Positions 38,746 to 51,629 are shown, counted from the first letter of the stretch. The stretch is DNA of 64,000 nucleotides from Eledone cirrhosa (GCA_964016885.1 OZ024740.1:235600001-235664000), one strand, 5' to 3'. Notes: generated from the letters alone by a model not told the origin. Numbers and translations: made by a program.

Positions 38746-39414
38746 TTCAGATGACGCTTTAGTCTGACTTACCAATTTTGATCTGTCTCGCTAACCATTG
38801 TGCATATGTTATATGACAAGAAGAAGAGCTGACCTGTAGCTAAACAATGCCAACACCACCACCCACCCCACTGTAATCATTATCACCACCACTATTACCA
38901 CCACCAAAAACAGTTATGTCATTGCTACATAGCCAATGAGGGAGTTGCAACATAGTTACTTGACTTGCTAAAAATAGCTACTAAATCGCCATCAAATAGT
39001 ACCCTACTAGTTTAAACAGGGAAAGAACACATTAGATAGGGTAGTTGTATATACTCTTAATAAGTCTGGATGGTCACAGCTGGAAAGCTTTTGATCAGGA
39101 TTGACTTGGATCCCTGGGACCATCACACCCTCTGCTACTCTCTTTGCATACTACTCTACTAAAGATAACAACAATAACAACATCAATATCAACACCCTTT
39201 ACCATCATTATTAACTCTTAAGGTCCTATAATGGTTTAATAGAAATATCTAAAAATTGGGTTTGATAATTTAAATGTTTATAGTATCTTTAATACTAGAA
39301 ATATGTGAAAAGTTTGCTGACTTTACCGATTTTTTAACTTTATGATGTTCAATAACTAAATATATATTGGTAGAAATCATATTCTCTAATATGTCAACCT
39401 CCTCTTGGTCCTAG

Positions 39415-39600
39415 GAGAAGACATTGCTCTTGAGAATGGTGAGGGAGACATGTTGAAATAACCACTTCACCTCGTGGGGCTTGCACCTGTGGACAGCCAA
39501 CTCTGCTACAATAGCACTGAGCAGGGATGTGGTCCAGGGGCCAAGAATCCCAGAGGTCTCCATTGCTACAGGCTCTACTTCAAACCTGTCAGATAGTGGC
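39415..39600 (-). pseudogene. CRE-like non-LTR retrotransposon C-terminal fragment
   Basis: EPVAMETSGILGP..WLFQHVSLTILKSN, compared with the recalled pattern PxAVETxGxxGP..LxQRxSxxxQRGN. Confidence 0.65.
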
Positions 39601-39652
39601 CAAGTGAACATTTAAAGTAAACTAAAGCAAAGACTTTAATTTTTAATGTAAC

Positions 39653-39838
39653 AATTGTTTCTACTTTTGGCACAAGGCCAGGAATTATCCCAGTGTATTA
39701 CTGGTACTTTATTTTATTGACCCCTTTAAGGATGAAAGGCAAAGTTAACCTCGGTGGGATTTGAACTCAGTCTGTAAAGGGACGTAACTGTGCTGCAAAG
39801 CATGGCGTCCGACCCTCTACTGATACTGCCAATCCACA
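39653..39838 (-). mobile_element. SINE family 1
   Basis: Homology to 4047-4236. Confidence 0.9.
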
Positions 39839-40005
39839 TGCTGCTTTGTACCTTTCAAGACTGTCTTGGAAGGTACAAAGGACATTAAGATTAATACTAA
39901 TACCATCTCCCTCTCTGTCTGCTAACCATACCAACTCACCATCAGACATCTACCATCACCATCACTGCATCTACATTGCTATTATGTCACTTTAACCATT
40001 ATCAC

Positions 40006-40049
<44 letters not shown>

Positions 40050-40768
40050 TTTATGTCCGCTTTTCCCTGCTTGCAAGTGTGGGATTAATACCACTAATAT
40101 TATTGCATCTTCAACACCATTAGCTCATATGACTAATATACCACCACCTCCACCACTGCCACCACCACCTCCACCATCGCCACCATCACCACCACCACCA
40201 CCGCCTCCACCTCCGCCACCACTGCCACCACCACCTTATGACTACCATCAATACTTTCCAATCTCAACCAGTTTGAGGGAAGGTGTGTGGAGATGGCCAG
40301 AGATGGGAAGAGCAATAGCGAAAGAAAGTAAAAGAAATGTTATATGGACATGTATGCTTGGGAGTATGTGTGTGTGTGTGTGTGTGCATGTGTTGGGTGT
40401 AGAGAAAGATTTCACAAATCCTTGTTGATACCAGCTCCACCTCCAATAGATTCATAGGTACCACCACCACCACTGCCACCAATAACAACACCACAACCAC
40501 ATCATCACCACCGCCATCACCACCACCATCACCACCAACACCAACACCACCATCACCACCACCACCATTACCACTACTAGTTGACAAAGGAATCAATACT
40601 GGTGCATCCCATCCCAGCACCATTACCCAGTATATCAAGCCAATAATTAATCTATTTCCCTGTCTCCAACACTCACTGATTTTTTATTTTATTTTATTTT
40701 AAAATAAAGTAACATCATCAAATATGGCTGTTATAGACAAAATATTGTGAAAAGTCTTCCCTCCCTCT

Positions 40769-40857
<89 letters not shown>

Positions 40858-41283
40858 GCCCATTTGCCAGCAAAGCAAAGAATATAAATTACTGTAAATT
40901 AACTGGGGAAGATGAGTCATTAAGTGAACTTTGCTAATTAGCTGGGCTTTCATTAGTAAACTATAGTGTTGAACAAGGAGTTTCACTCACTTGGTCATAA
41001 TAACTGAAAACAGGCTGCATTGATAACACTCCTTCGCATCAGACACAGTGTATGGTAGTCATTCATTCAAACACACATACACACACACACAAATACACAC
41101 ACACACAAACACATATACACACACACACAAACACATATACACACACACACAAACAAACGCACACAAACACATTCACACAAACACACATACACACACACAA
41201 ATTATATTTTGTTCATACACAGGACAAAGGCACCCCCAAAGGTTTCAAGATCCAAATTTGACCATACCTCCAGTATACAAGAC

Positions 41284-41425
41284 ATCATCATCACCACCAT
41301 TTTAAGTCCATTCTTCTATGCTAGTATGGGTTAGACGGGTTGTCCTGTTGTGGGCAATGCTAGGCTGGGTGACCATGTCTTGCTCATACAGAACCGATTT
41401 TGGCTTGATTTTTACAGCTGGATGC

Positions 41426-41518
<93 letters not shown>

Positions 41519-41697
41519 TGTATATATGTGTGTGTGTGTGTATATATATATGTGTGTGTGTGTGTGAGTGTGTATATATATATATGTGTCTGTGTGTGTG
41601 TGTGTATATATATATATGTGTGTGTGTGTGTGTATATATATATGTGTGTGTCTGTGTGAGTGTGTATATATATATGTGTGTGTGTATATATATACAT

Positions 41698-41747
<50 letters not shown>
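41284..41747. repeat. RTE/SINE tail fragment (minus, 41284-41428) followed by a (TA)n(TG)n tract
   Basis: Direct reading and homology to 46711-46860. Confidence 0.8.
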
Positions 41748-41749
<2 letters not shown>

Positions 41750-42064
41750 TAGTGAGATCTATGGCATTATGCAGAACTGCAGAAGACCTACCTTTCCATA
41801 TGCAGGGGTTGAAGCAAACATCTAGTAGTTTCTAGTATGCATCACTACTCCTGTCCCCCTTCGATGTCTTAACACTCCACCCTTCACCAGCTAAGTACCC
41901 CATCCTAGACCTACCTCTCCAATCCCAACCCTACATACACACACCACCTCACACCCACTTTCCACATCTGATGCACCTATTTTGACCAACCCATGCATAT
42001 ACAAGCATGGAAAGCTGAACACGCTCCACCACAATGCTACTGAAATGGCTCTAAAGCTCTAAGT

Positions 42065-42667
42065 TCACCCTGTAAGGTAATTATGCTGATGACACAACAA
42101 AAACCCCTAGACTATTATCTAAGGTGCTCGTGTTAGTGTCATGACAAAAGAGCACCTAGTCCTCCCTACAAGGTGGTCATGCTGGTGATATGACAAATAA
42201 GCATCCAGTCCATCCTGTAAGGTGGTCATGATGGTGACATAAAGGAAGCACCCAGTCCACCCTGTAAAATGGTTGTGTTAGTGGCACAACAGATGTGTCT
42301 GGTCTACCTTCTGGAGTGGTCAGGTTGGTGACACAACAAAGAGTATCTAGTATGCCCTGTTAGGTAGCCATACTGGTGACTTGACAAAAAGCTCACAGAC
42401 AACACTATGAAGTGTTGATGATGGTGGCATGAGAAAAAGTGTCCAGTCCACACTGTAAAGTGGTCATGTAGATGTTACAACAGAAAGCACCCAGTTTACT
42501 GTGTAAATGTGGTTGGCGTTGGGAGAGTCATCCAGCTGTAGAAATCGAGCCAGAAACAGTTTTGTATAAGCAAGACATGTTCATTTGATCTGACTTGTTT
42601 CACAAAGGGACAACTCATCTAACTCATGTGAGCATGGAGAACTGGACGTTTAACGCTGATGATGATG
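42065..42667 (+). mobile_element. Old RTE/SINE 3' UTR with a tandemly amplified ~47 bp subunit
   Basis: About 9 degenerate units of CCCTGTAAGGTGGTCATG..GTGACA..AAAAGCACCCAGT precede the standard tail. Confidence 0.7.
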
Positions 42668-43055
42668 TAAGATGATAGTGTTAAGAAACTCCCAGGAGAC
42701 CTGGGCAGCAGAAAGCTTTCAAAAGATCCGCCACCTAATGCAAGTATTTCGGCCCTTAACTTCTTACACTCTAAGGAGGGTGGGCCACATCCAAGTCATG
42801 ACTCCTGCATGCCCTTCTGCTGACATTTTTTAGCCACTTGGATTTTGGGGACTTGCACATTTAAACTGTATATAGATTTTGTTGACAAGATCTAGCTGGA
42901 ACTCCTCTCTGTTGCCTCTCCTTTCAAACTTATATTTAAATGCATTTTGGATTTGGAAAAATAACATTGGTAGTCATGGCAGCAGTGAGACAGTATCACT
43001 GCTGCCAGCAATTCAACAACCATGACTTCCTCACAGTTACTTCCTTTAGTGTACA

Positions 43056-45004
43056 CTAGCAGATTTACCCGGCGTTGCTCGGGGTTTGAAATTATGCTAA
43101 GAATATACAGCTAGGAAGTAAAAGAAGAACATTATTTGTCCCCAACCTGTCAAAATAAGCAGAAGTCTTCAATAATTAACGCAAACGAATATTTAGTGCA
43201 ATCTTTGTAAACTATGTTGAGAATGAAGGAAAACACTGAACAGGATGTAGTTATACAAATGATTAAAGACAATACACATTGCAAATCTGTAAAAAAAACA
43301 GGCAGTTTTGCTAAAGTACAAAAAGTTGTAATGAAAGCAGAGTTGTATACAAACAAAAAAAAACAATGAGAGTAGAATAAGAGAAAATCTATTCTTTGAG
43401 AGCATCGTTTGCTGTGTATGGTTAAATTTTGAACTTATAATCCAAAATATCCTGCATGACATATTCATTGGTATGTTTTGTAATGAGTGAGGTGAAGTCA
43501 AAGCAGAGCTGTAATAAGTTTTTTTGTTGACACTAAAGCACTTCAGGATAGACGATATTCTTTGTTTTTCTTTTCGGAACAAATGCAAAGAGATTATCTC
43601 GACTGCCAACTCGTGAGCAGGCAATGTAGAATTGTCCGTGCTAAAAGCAAGGTTCATCCAAGTGAATTCCAGTGACGGACAGAGTTTGACCTTGCGACTT
43701 GTTTATGGACATCGCAAAGGCAACACGAAGGGGAAATTGGGTTCGGCGAAAGGAGAAGGGAGTATCCACGCCTGATGTAGTTAGGCTAATTTTTGTTATT
43801 ATCATATCCTCGCCTTTTCCACATCCGGATAGAATGGTAGCATCAATACTAAGTTTTTTAACCACAAGGCGTGTACCATTGCATAGTTTTGGAGGAGTGA
43901 TATTTCTCAGCAAAATAACTGGCGTTCCCTCTTTCAGAACCAATGTATTAGGAGGTAAACCAGGAGGATTTAAAGAATTTAGAAATTCAACTGGATAGTT
44001 GACTGCATCCTGTGGATCACATACAGTGTCAATAGATTTATATATCCGTGGACATCCAGGAAGAATCATGTTCAGTATGTTCCTTCCTTGTCAAAAAAGT
44101 TTGATGTGTACGAATACAACTGGAAGCATAGATAATGCCTGCCTCAAATGTGGACGAAATTACTTTAAAAATGTAAAAGCTGTAGGTCCCAATGGTTTGA
44201 ATGGAAAGTCCCATAAGGATTGTTCTAAAAATAAACAAACCATCATCGAAATCTCGTCAATTCATGACTACTGCGAGATTAGGCCCTTACCGCGAAAATT
44301 AACACTTAATATAGTGAAACAAGTTAAAACAAGTGTTTTTTTAACTTTGAAAGTGCAACAAATTTTTTTTTGTATCAACATGGCTTATGAAAGTTTTAAA
44401 AATGTAAAAGTTGTAGGTCCCAATGGTTTGAATGGAAAGTCCCATAACGATTGTTCTAAAAATAAACAAACCATCATCAAAGTCTCATCAATTCGAGACT
44501 GCTGCGAGATTAGGCCCTTAACGCGAAAATTAACACTTAATATAGTGAAACAAGTTAAAACAACGTGTGTTTTCAACTTTGAAAATGCAACAAAGAATAA
44601 ACAAGAAACAAACGATAATATTAGTGATTTATCTTCAAATGAATCTGATGTTTATATTTCTGAAATTTCGTCCGACGATGATTGTTGTTTTAAAATTGAA
44701 AACGAAGGTCTCCATATCTCACTCTCTTTATAAGGATTGTCAATAAAGTTGGTTATCTCCCTTTTTTATAAGGATTGTCAATAAAGTTGGTTATCTCCTT
44801 TACATCAATTTTGCTACCGATAATTTTGATATCGATTGTTTATTGCTCAACGTGGGTCGATTGGAAACATGTTTGTGATGTGACCATCTTAGCGACCTGT
44901 GCAACGGGCACAGAAAATTTGGTCAAATTCGGTTGGTAAAAAGCCTTAAGTATCCAAAGTTGTACACAGACACACACACATCCTCGCTTTTATATATATA
45001 AAGA
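43056..45004 (-). mobile_element. Non-autonomous Helitron with both termini intact (1949 bp)
   Basis: Minus-strand 5' A|TCTTTATATATATAAAAG; 3' hairpin CCCGAGCAACGCCGGG, 8 nt, then CTAG|T; A/T target and no TSD; internal PIF1 fragment. Confidence 0.9.
43575..44050 (-). pseudogene. Helitron RepHel PIF1-family helicase C-terminal fragment
   Basis: YPVEFLNSLNPPGLPP..PVILLRNI..LCNGTRL..RTQFPLRVAFAMSINKSQGQTL..PCF*HGQFYIACSRVG. Confidence 0.92.
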
Positions 45005-45288
45005 TTAAAATACAAACATAATGCCCTCAAATACTATGGAGATTGTCTTTGTTCCTCCTCGACCAGATCCATTTGGAATTCCTCAATACAGCCGCTAATA
45101 TTGCCTTTAAGGTTTTGGTCCTGTTCTTCTCAGAGGCTGAGATTTGTTTCATAAGATTGTAGACTGATTTGCCCACAAAGCCTCTAGCTTCTATGGTGAG
45201 AACTTTGACCCGGAAGTTGGCTTCCCTGAGGATGATGATGATGATATGTGTGTGTGTGCATTATATACAAAACTTATATATATATATA

Positions 45289-45640
45289 TTGTTATATTTG
45301 GAGAGGGTCATATTGTTATAATATTGCCAGAAATAATAATTGTTTCTACTTTAGGCACAAGGCCAGCAATTACCCAGTGCATTACTGGTACTTTATTTTA
45401 TCGATCCCGTAAGGATGAAAGGCAAAGTCAACCTCGGCGGAATTTGAACTCAGATCGAAAAGGGACGTAACTATGCTGGAAAGCATGGCGTCCGACCCTC
45501 TACCGATTCTGCCAATCCACTGCCCTTTGCCAGAAATAATAATAAAACACACTCAACTGTTTGGTTTTGATTGATTTTCGCTTCTATATCTTTTATATCT
45601 CCATAGTTAATTTATCTGGCAATCAATGTTTATCATTGTA
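45289..45640 (-). mobile_element. 3' part of a family C element interrupted by SINE family 1 (45341-45525) with a 17 bp TSD
   Basis: TTGCCAGAAATAATAAT at 45324-45340 and 45527-45543; uninterrupted paralogue at 15771-15910. Confidence 0.85.
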
Positions 45641-45799
45641 TGTGTGTATTAATAGTTAAATGTTCACACCATTGTTATTCAGAGTTTCACATATATAACT
45701 TATACATATGATCATTTACACTACTGACAAAATCCCTCTACCTGCCCTTTCAAAAGTGTAACATACTGTACATCCATAGCACATCTGGATAGCAATGAA

Positions 45800-46076
45800 T
45801 GGGGCCCCACCATAAATATTTTCAAGAGTTGTTACCATCAGCACCTTTATTCATTTAGGTCAAGGAGCAGGGAAAATTCTACTTCCTACCTATGAGGGTC
45901 AGCTGAAAAGTTCATAGGCTGACTATGAAGGATTGATGCTAGAGCTGTGAAATTTTGCTTTTCTTATTAATAACTGCATTGTTTCTTTCCAGGGAATATG
46001 TCGAAAAATAAACCTCATTTGGTCATTGCATGAGAGTATCTTGGTCAGCCTATGAACATTTTAGCTAATCCTTGTA
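45800..46076. mobile_element. Mariner-type MITE (45891-46076) plus a 90 bp flank shared with 28409-28500
   Basis: Reverse complement of about 28300-28500. Confidence 0.75.
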
Positions 46077-46666
46077 ATTTATTTAGAAACTCAGGAACCA
46101 AGGATCCTAATGCCCTCTGACAATTACCAGAGATTATAATCTGCGGCATTGTCAATAGAGCTGTACTATAATTCACTTGTTAAAAAATTGCAGACTTTGC
46201 TTAATTTTGAAGTTCAAAATAATATAACAGCCAGTATTGGCTTTTGTTTTTCTCTTTCATAGATGTGAAGGAGAGGGAAGACTTGCATGCATGCACGCGC
46301 GTACACATACACACACACATATACACACTCACACATGCACACACAACACACACACACACACACACGGGAATGTATGTGGGTGAGATGCAGTCTCCTGGCA
46401 CATCTGAGTGGCCAGTAGCTCTGCTTGAGTACTCACCTAGTCTGTAACAACCCGCCCAACCCTTGCTAGCAGGGAAAACAGATGTTAAATGACGATGATA
46501 AGGATATATATATATATGTACGTCAATACTCATCTTTTTCCATATCTCCGAGGGTTCTTAACCCCACTATCAGGCTAAATAATTTCTTTAATTGCTTTAG
46601 TTAAAATACGGCGATAGCTAATATTTCTAATAATTTCAAATCAACTCGCTGTTTTGAAAATATTCT

Positions 46667-46710
<44 letters not shown>

Positions 46711-46713
<3 letters not shown>

Positions 46714-47317
46714 TCATCATCATCATCACTGTTTTACGTCCGTTCTTCCACGCTAGCATGGGTTAGACGGGTTGTCCTATTGTGGGCAGTGTCCGTCGGC
46801 TGACTTTGTCTTGCTCATACGGGAACTGATTCTGGCTTGATTTCTACAGCTGGATGCCCTTCCTAACACCAACCTCATTTACAGTGAGTGCTGGATGCTT
46901 TTTTTCCGTGGCACCTCCACGACCACTTTGCAGTGGAATGATAGAGACCCCAGTCCCTATCATCTCATTTCTACAGCTGAGTAAACTGGGGCAATGGGAA
47001 ATAAAGTGTCTTGCTCAAGGAAACAACACATCACCCGGTCTGAGAATTGAACTCACAACCTTTCGATTGCAAGGTCAATGCTCTAACCAGTAAGCCATTT
47101 CTCCAGTTTACTCAGCTGTAGAAATGAGATGATAGGGACTGGGGTCCATATCATTCCACTGCAAAGTGGCCGTGAAGGTGCCACGGCAAAAAAGCACCCA
47201 GCACTCATTGTAAATGAGGTTGGTGTTAGGAAGGGCATCCAGCTGTAGAAATCAAGCCAGAATCAGTTCCCGTCCCACCCTTACAAGCAGGGAAAAGTGG
47301 ACGTAAAATGATGATGA
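46711..47317. mobile_element. Two abutting inverted SINE family 2 copies (46711-47098 minus; 47101-47317 plus, truncated)
   Basis: Homology to 48432-48772. Confidence 0.88.
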
Positions 47318-47321
47318 TATA

Positions 47322-47353
<32 letters not shown>

Positions 47354-47449
47354 TTTTAATAAATATTTGTTCTACGGTTCTTATATATTTGATATATATT
47401 TATCCTTATCGAGCCCTCTTTGGATTTTAGTCCTCAAATTTATTATTAT

Positions 47450-47505
<56 letters not shown>

Positions 47506-48329
47506 TAACATTAACACACAATGTTAAAAAAATAGCATGGTCGTGACACTGGCTTATATATATAGCAGTTATTTGGTGTATATTTTTAGTAGCTGACAAT
47601 ACCCACATTTTTATTACTGGTGATGTTGTTGATGTTGATGTTATTGTTGTTACTGTTGTTGACATTGTTGATGATGTTGTTGTTGAGCTCAAATTCAGTC
47701 CTGAACAGCAAAACAGTTAAAATACTTTCCAGCCATGACCCAACTATTTTTTTTACATATCAAGTACTATTGTGCATTGTCTGATATATCTAACATTATT
47801 TAAGATCTTTGATTTGATGGTGATTTGGCAGCTATTTCTAGCAGGTCAAGCAACTATGTATACTTTTTGGAACGAGATTTCATGGTATGTGTAAATATGT
47901 GTGTCTATGTGATTATGTATATATATGTGTGTATCTGTAAGTGTTTTTATGTTTGTTGGTATATCTGTGTGTTTGTGAAAAAAACATTTGAATGAAACTG
48001 CAAGAAGTGTTTTGAAATGAAAGTGTAAAGAATGTTTATGAAATGAGAATGAAAACATGTAAAATGTAATACTTGATATATGAAAAGAAAATATAAAATT
48101 ATGTATTCAAACTGTAAAATAATAGTTATGGGGAAGAAATGTAAAGAAACTGCGAAAAACAATAAATCTTATAAATATCTGAAGGAATGCTTTGAAGTGA
48201 TGGACCTTGAAAATGTTTGTGAATGTTCATGAAATCTAAAATGATTGGGTGCAGGAGCAAAGAGACTCAGTGCACATGACCTACCAGAAAACAGCAACAG
48301 ACAATGTATTTTATTAATAATACGGATAC

Positions 48330-48402
<73 letters not shown>

Positions 48403-48431
48403 CATATACATATACATATATATATATATAT

Positions 48432-48772
48432 GGAGGCACATGGCTTAGTGGTTAGAGCATTGGCCTTGTGAGTTCAATTCTCAGACCGGGTGATGTGTTG
48501 TTTCCTTGAGCAAGACGCTTTATTTCACGTTGCTCCAGTTTACTCAGCTGTAGAAATGAGATGATAGAGACTGGGGTCCCTATCATTCCACTGTAAAGTG
48601 GTCGTGGAGGTGCCACGGCAAAAAAGCACCCAGCACTCACTGTAAATGAGGTTGGTGTTAGGAAGGGCATCCAGCTGTAGAAATCAAGCCAGCATCAGTT
48701 CCCGTCCCACCCTTGCAAGCAGGGAAAAGCGGACGTAAAATGAAATGATGATGATGATGAATGATGAATGAT
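48432..48772 (+). mobile_element. SINE family 2
   Basis: Head GGAGGCACATGGCTTAGTGG with a small deletion; full tail. Confidence 0.9.
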
Positions 48773-48826
48773 ATGTATATATCAATAATATTAATAAATA
48801 GAAACTATATTTATAAAACCATATTT

Positions 48827-48885
48827 ATTCTATTATATATATTTAAAGGGTACCAAAACTTTGGTACGTTCTCATCAGATAAAAT
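48827..48885 (-). ncRNA. Family A hammerhead, core-mutated (GAAA to UAAA)
   Basis: ATTTTAT-CTGATGA-GAACGTACCAAAGTTTTGGTACCCTT-TAAA-TATATATA-ATAGAAT. Confidence 0.55.
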
Positions 48886-49000
48886 ACAAAGTTTGTTTTA
48901 TAAATATTGACATATCCAGGAAGTTTCACCTGGATAGGTGAAACTTGAACCGTTAAGGTCTCATTCCTGGATATGTCAATATTTATAAAACAAACTTTGT

Positions 49001-49059
49001 ATTTTATCTGATGAGAGCGTATCAAAGTTTTGGTATCCTTGAAATATATATAATAGAAT
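49001..49059 (+). ncRNA. Type I minimal hammerhead ribozyme (family A)
   Basis: CTGATGA at 49008-49014; stem II 49015-49040; GAAA at 49041-49044; palindromic stem III ATATATAT; AUA triplet ending at 49052; 7 bp stem I. Confidence 0.75.
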
Positions 49060-49240
49060 AAATATGGTTTTATAAATATAGTTTCCATTTATTAATATCA
49101 TTGATATTATACTCCAGAAAACTTGTCGAGTGCTTCGAATCTGTTATAAATATATATATTTGTTGAATTACCAACAAATTAAATATCCCTTTTGCTTATA
49201 TATGTATGTATATGTATATATATATATAAATATATATATG

Positions 49241-49698
49241 TTGTTATACTTTGGCAGGGTCATGTTGCCAATAAGAAACACATGCACCAGTTGCTTTCAC
49301 TCCAATTTATTATAAATAAAATTATAAATTTAAAAAAATTTATAAATTTTTGGTTGGTTGGTTGGTTCCACAACTGGACAAATAAAAACACACACGGACA
49401 CCTGGATGTAACACATGTGCAAACTAAGCACACAACACACACAAAAACAAGATGGCGTTGGGCAGAACAAAGGAGAGGCACAAAACAGAAAATAATCCCC
49501 GGTCACTGATGAGGTCACTGAATGTGTGATGAAAGAACTTTGATAATATATGAACAACCGTCCAGTTGTGGAACCAACCAACCAACCGGAAATTTATAAA
49601 TTTTTTAAAATTTATAATTTAATTTATAATAATTTGGAGTGAAAGCAACTGGTGCGTGTGTTTCTTATTGGCAACATGACCCTCTCAGAGTATAACAA
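49241..49698. repeat. ~139 bp inverted repeat of the family C element 3' end, enclosing a hammerhead
   Basis: Arms 49241-49379 and 49560-49698. Confidence 0.9.
49502..49544 (+). ncRNA. Hammerhead-like motif (family C) with extra core nucleotide
   Basis: GTCA-CTGATGA-G-GTCAC tgaatgt GTGAT-GAAA-GAACTT-TGAT. Confidence 0.6.
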
Positions 49699-49757
49699 AA
49701 TCGGTTTCAACACACGTTTTCAGATAAAGAATCTTGCTAAACAAATTCAGAAACGAA

Positions 49758-49788
<31 letters not shown>

Positions 49789-49790
49789 TA

Positions 49791-49841
<51 letters not shown>

Positions 49842-49926
49842 ATGTGTATATATATATATGTGTATATATATATGTATATATATATATATATATATGTGCG
49901 ATTATATATATATATATGTATATATA

Positions 49927-50177
49927 TCGTGTAGGTGTCACGACAAAAAAAAACACACAGTCCACGCTGTAATGTGGCCGTGTAGGCAACACGGTAAAAA
50001 CCTCCCAGCCCCACACTGTAAATGTGGTTGGTGTTAGGAAGGGCATCCAGCTGTAGAAAACCCGCCAGACAGTCCTATGCAAGCAAGACAATCACTCTTG
50101 CCTCAAGTGGGAAAACCCCGTCCAAACCCATGCAAGCGTGGAACACGGACGTTAAACGATGATGATGATGATGATGA
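49927..50177 (+). mobile_element. RTE 3' UTR fragment
   Basis: Matches 1293-1652 without the internal duplication. Confidence 0.88.
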
Positions 50178-50192
50178 TATATATATATACAC

Positions 50193-50587
50193 ATCATCAT
50201 CATCATCACCGTTTTACGTCCGTTCTTCCACGCTAGCATGGGTTAGATGGGTTGTCCTGTTGTGGGCAGTGTCCGGTCGGCTGACCTTATCTTGCTCACA
50301 CGGGAACTGATTTGGGCTTGATTTCTACAGCTGGATGCCCTTCCTAACACCAACCTCCTTTACAGTGAGTGGTGGGTGCTTTTTTGCCGTGGCACCTCCA
50401 CGACCACTTTGCAGTGGAATGATAGGGACCCCAGTCCTATCATCTCATTTCTACAGATGAGTAAACTGGAGCAATGTGAAATAAAGTGTCTTGCTCAAGG
50501 AAACAACACATCACCCAGTCTGAGAATTGAGCTCACAAACTTTCGATTGCAAGCCCAATGCTCTAACCACTGAGCCATGCGCCTTCA

Positions 50588-50626
<39 letters not shown>

Positions 50627-51004
50627 AGGCACATGGCTTAGTGGTTAGAGCATTGGCCTTGCAATCGAAAGTTTGTGAGCTCAATTCTTAGACCGGGTGA
50701 TGTGTTGTTTCCTTGAGCAAAACACTTTATTTCACATTGCTCCAGTTTACTCAGCTGTAGAAATGAGATGATAGGACTGGGGTTCATATCATTCCACTGC
50801 AAAGTGGTCATGGAGGTGCCACAGCAAAATACCACCCAGCCCACACTGTAAAGTGGACGTGTAGGTGCCACGGAAAAAAAGCACCCAGCACTCACTGTAA
50901 ATGAGGTTGGTGTTAGGAAGGGCATCCAGCTGTAGAAATCAAGCCAGAATCAGTTCCCGTCCCACCCTTGCAAGCAGAGAAAAACGGACATAAAATGATG
51001 ATGA
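50193..51004. mobile_element. Divergent pair of SINE family 2 copies (50193-50590 minus; 50624-51004 plus) separated by (TA)n
   Basis: Both heads and tails are recognisable. Confidence 0.9.
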
Positions 51005-51552
51005 TATATATATATTCGATTTGTTCAGTTTTTGCAATTATTGCATTAATTTTACACTTACTGAATTCATCTGCCAAAATCTGGGGTTTTCGCCCTTGCA
51101 GAGTTACACACATGGTTTTTTTTACTACTACATATTACTGCTTAATCCTGCATCCTGGCGTAGAACAAAATACCTGTTGACGAAATGACAGCCTTGTTCA
51201 ATCATTACACCAAAAGCTTATTATTTAAGCAGGCAGTATAAATTAATTTAGGTGACGCAGAAACCCTTTACTGGATTATACCATCTTTTCCAGGGGTCCA
51301 GGTAAATATTCAATTATTTTGTTTGACCTGTTTGGCTTGCCTTGTCTTTTTGGCTTAGGTGGTTGAGGGCTTCTTGACTGCCATCTCAGTTTGTTTGGCC
51401 TTTATAACCTATGTTTATTGCTCTGGTCTTTATTTGGTCCATGGAGCGCTTGCCAGCATAACTCGGATATTGCATTTCGCTTTGTTTTCGACCACAGCCG
51501 AAATTCGATCTCGCTGAAATTATATTTGTATATATATATATATATATACACA

Positions 51553-51627
51553 CAGGATGTTCCAAAAAATGTATACACATATTTATTAGAATGCCGTTGA
51601 AGTATGTATATATTTTTTGGAACTCTC

Positions 51628-51629
<2 letters not shown>
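51553..51629. mobile_element. Tc1/mariner-type ~75 bp MITE
   Basis: CAGGATGTTCCAAAAAATGTATAC...GTATATATTTTTTGGAACTCTCTG. Confidence 0.65.

Larger units (their letters stand above)
48779..49107. repeat. 144 bp inverted repeat carrying two divergent family A hammerhead copies
   Basis: Arms 48779-48922 and 48964-49107. Confidence 0.92.

Noticed and set aside
46515-47455. Short unique islands between TA tracts (46515-46650, 47350-47455; also 31690-31770 and 51010-51530) as further ribozyme elements
   Set aside because: No complete CUGANGA/GAAA core could be folded on either strand.
48432-48490. tRNA genes at SINE heads
   Set aside because: They have A/B boxes but continue into SINE bodies and lack a full cloverleaf.
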